DNA of 64,000 bases from contig JBHGNT010000007.1 of assembly GCA_043228905.1 (NCBI GenBank), forward strand, positions 18,972,001-19,036,000, given 5' to 3'. A model generated the notes under the pieces. That model was given only the letters and a program-made list of their open reading frames with translations, did not search any database and was not told the DNA's origin. Shown here in pieces: positions 63,481 through 64,000 of the stretch (the stretch's first letter is position 1; every line of letters starts with the position of its first letter). This stretch comes from Azolla caroliniana. Taxonomy: Eukaryota > Plantae > Polypodiophyta. The position numbers were made by a program, and so were the translations under genes.

Positions 63481-64000
63481 TAATAATAAAATATTTTATT
63501 AAAACAAATTAAAATGTTTAATTAAAACAAATAAATCATTTAATATATAGAAGCCATTTACATGGGACAAATATATAATTTACCCAAACAAAGCAATAAA
63601 TATTAAGTCATAAATATCTCATTATATTCCAAACAAAAAACAAAAGAGAACAAATAAATAATAAGTATTCAAGGGGAAAACAATTTTTAAAATAAATAAA
63701 ACTCTTGATAGCTTCCATTTTTTTTTATTACAATTAATGATCCCAATTTTTTATCCTTTTTTTTTTTACGTATTTTGATTTATTCCTTCTAATTTTATTT
63801 AAATTAATTTTTTTATCCATGCATTTCTTGGATGGATCGATTCCTTGCATCTCATTTTCCTTATATATATATATATACACACACATATATGTATTTGTTT
63901 CTCTGTCTTTTTTATTTTTTATTTTTTATTTTTTATTTTTTATTTTTTATTTTTTGTTTATTTCTATTGTATATTTTTTAGTTTTTTTTAAATCTAAAAA

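Overview
Land-plant genomic DNA. The Tcn1-type chromoviruses and the tRNA-Trp-primed Ty3 family with 4-bp TSDs suggest a seed-free plant such as a fern or lycophyte (inference). Bases ~1-56,500 are a nested transposon block: three copies of a self-priming chromodomain Ty3/gypsy family (one full length with apparently identical LTRs), several Ty1/copia elements (one near-intact Tnt1/Tork-like, one internally deleted), a tRNA-Trp-primed Ty3 family, three hAT elements, one pogo/Tigger element and LINE fragments. The only clear host gene is an MTP1-type His-rich Zn transporter with a single coding exon (minus strand, 61137-62441). Most notable: (1) LTRs of at least two unrelated Ty3 families carry an antisense tRNA-like Pol III module with A and B boxes at tRNA spacing; (2) the chromovirus LTR also has a strong heat-shock element and a self-primer; (3) a copia is flanked by a 163-bp duplication instead of a 5-bp TSD; (4) three Ty3 insertions fall in the same ~80-bp window of three different copia elements; (5) one breakpoint at ~41,190 explains the one-ended elements on both sides of it. 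All comparisons were made by eye.
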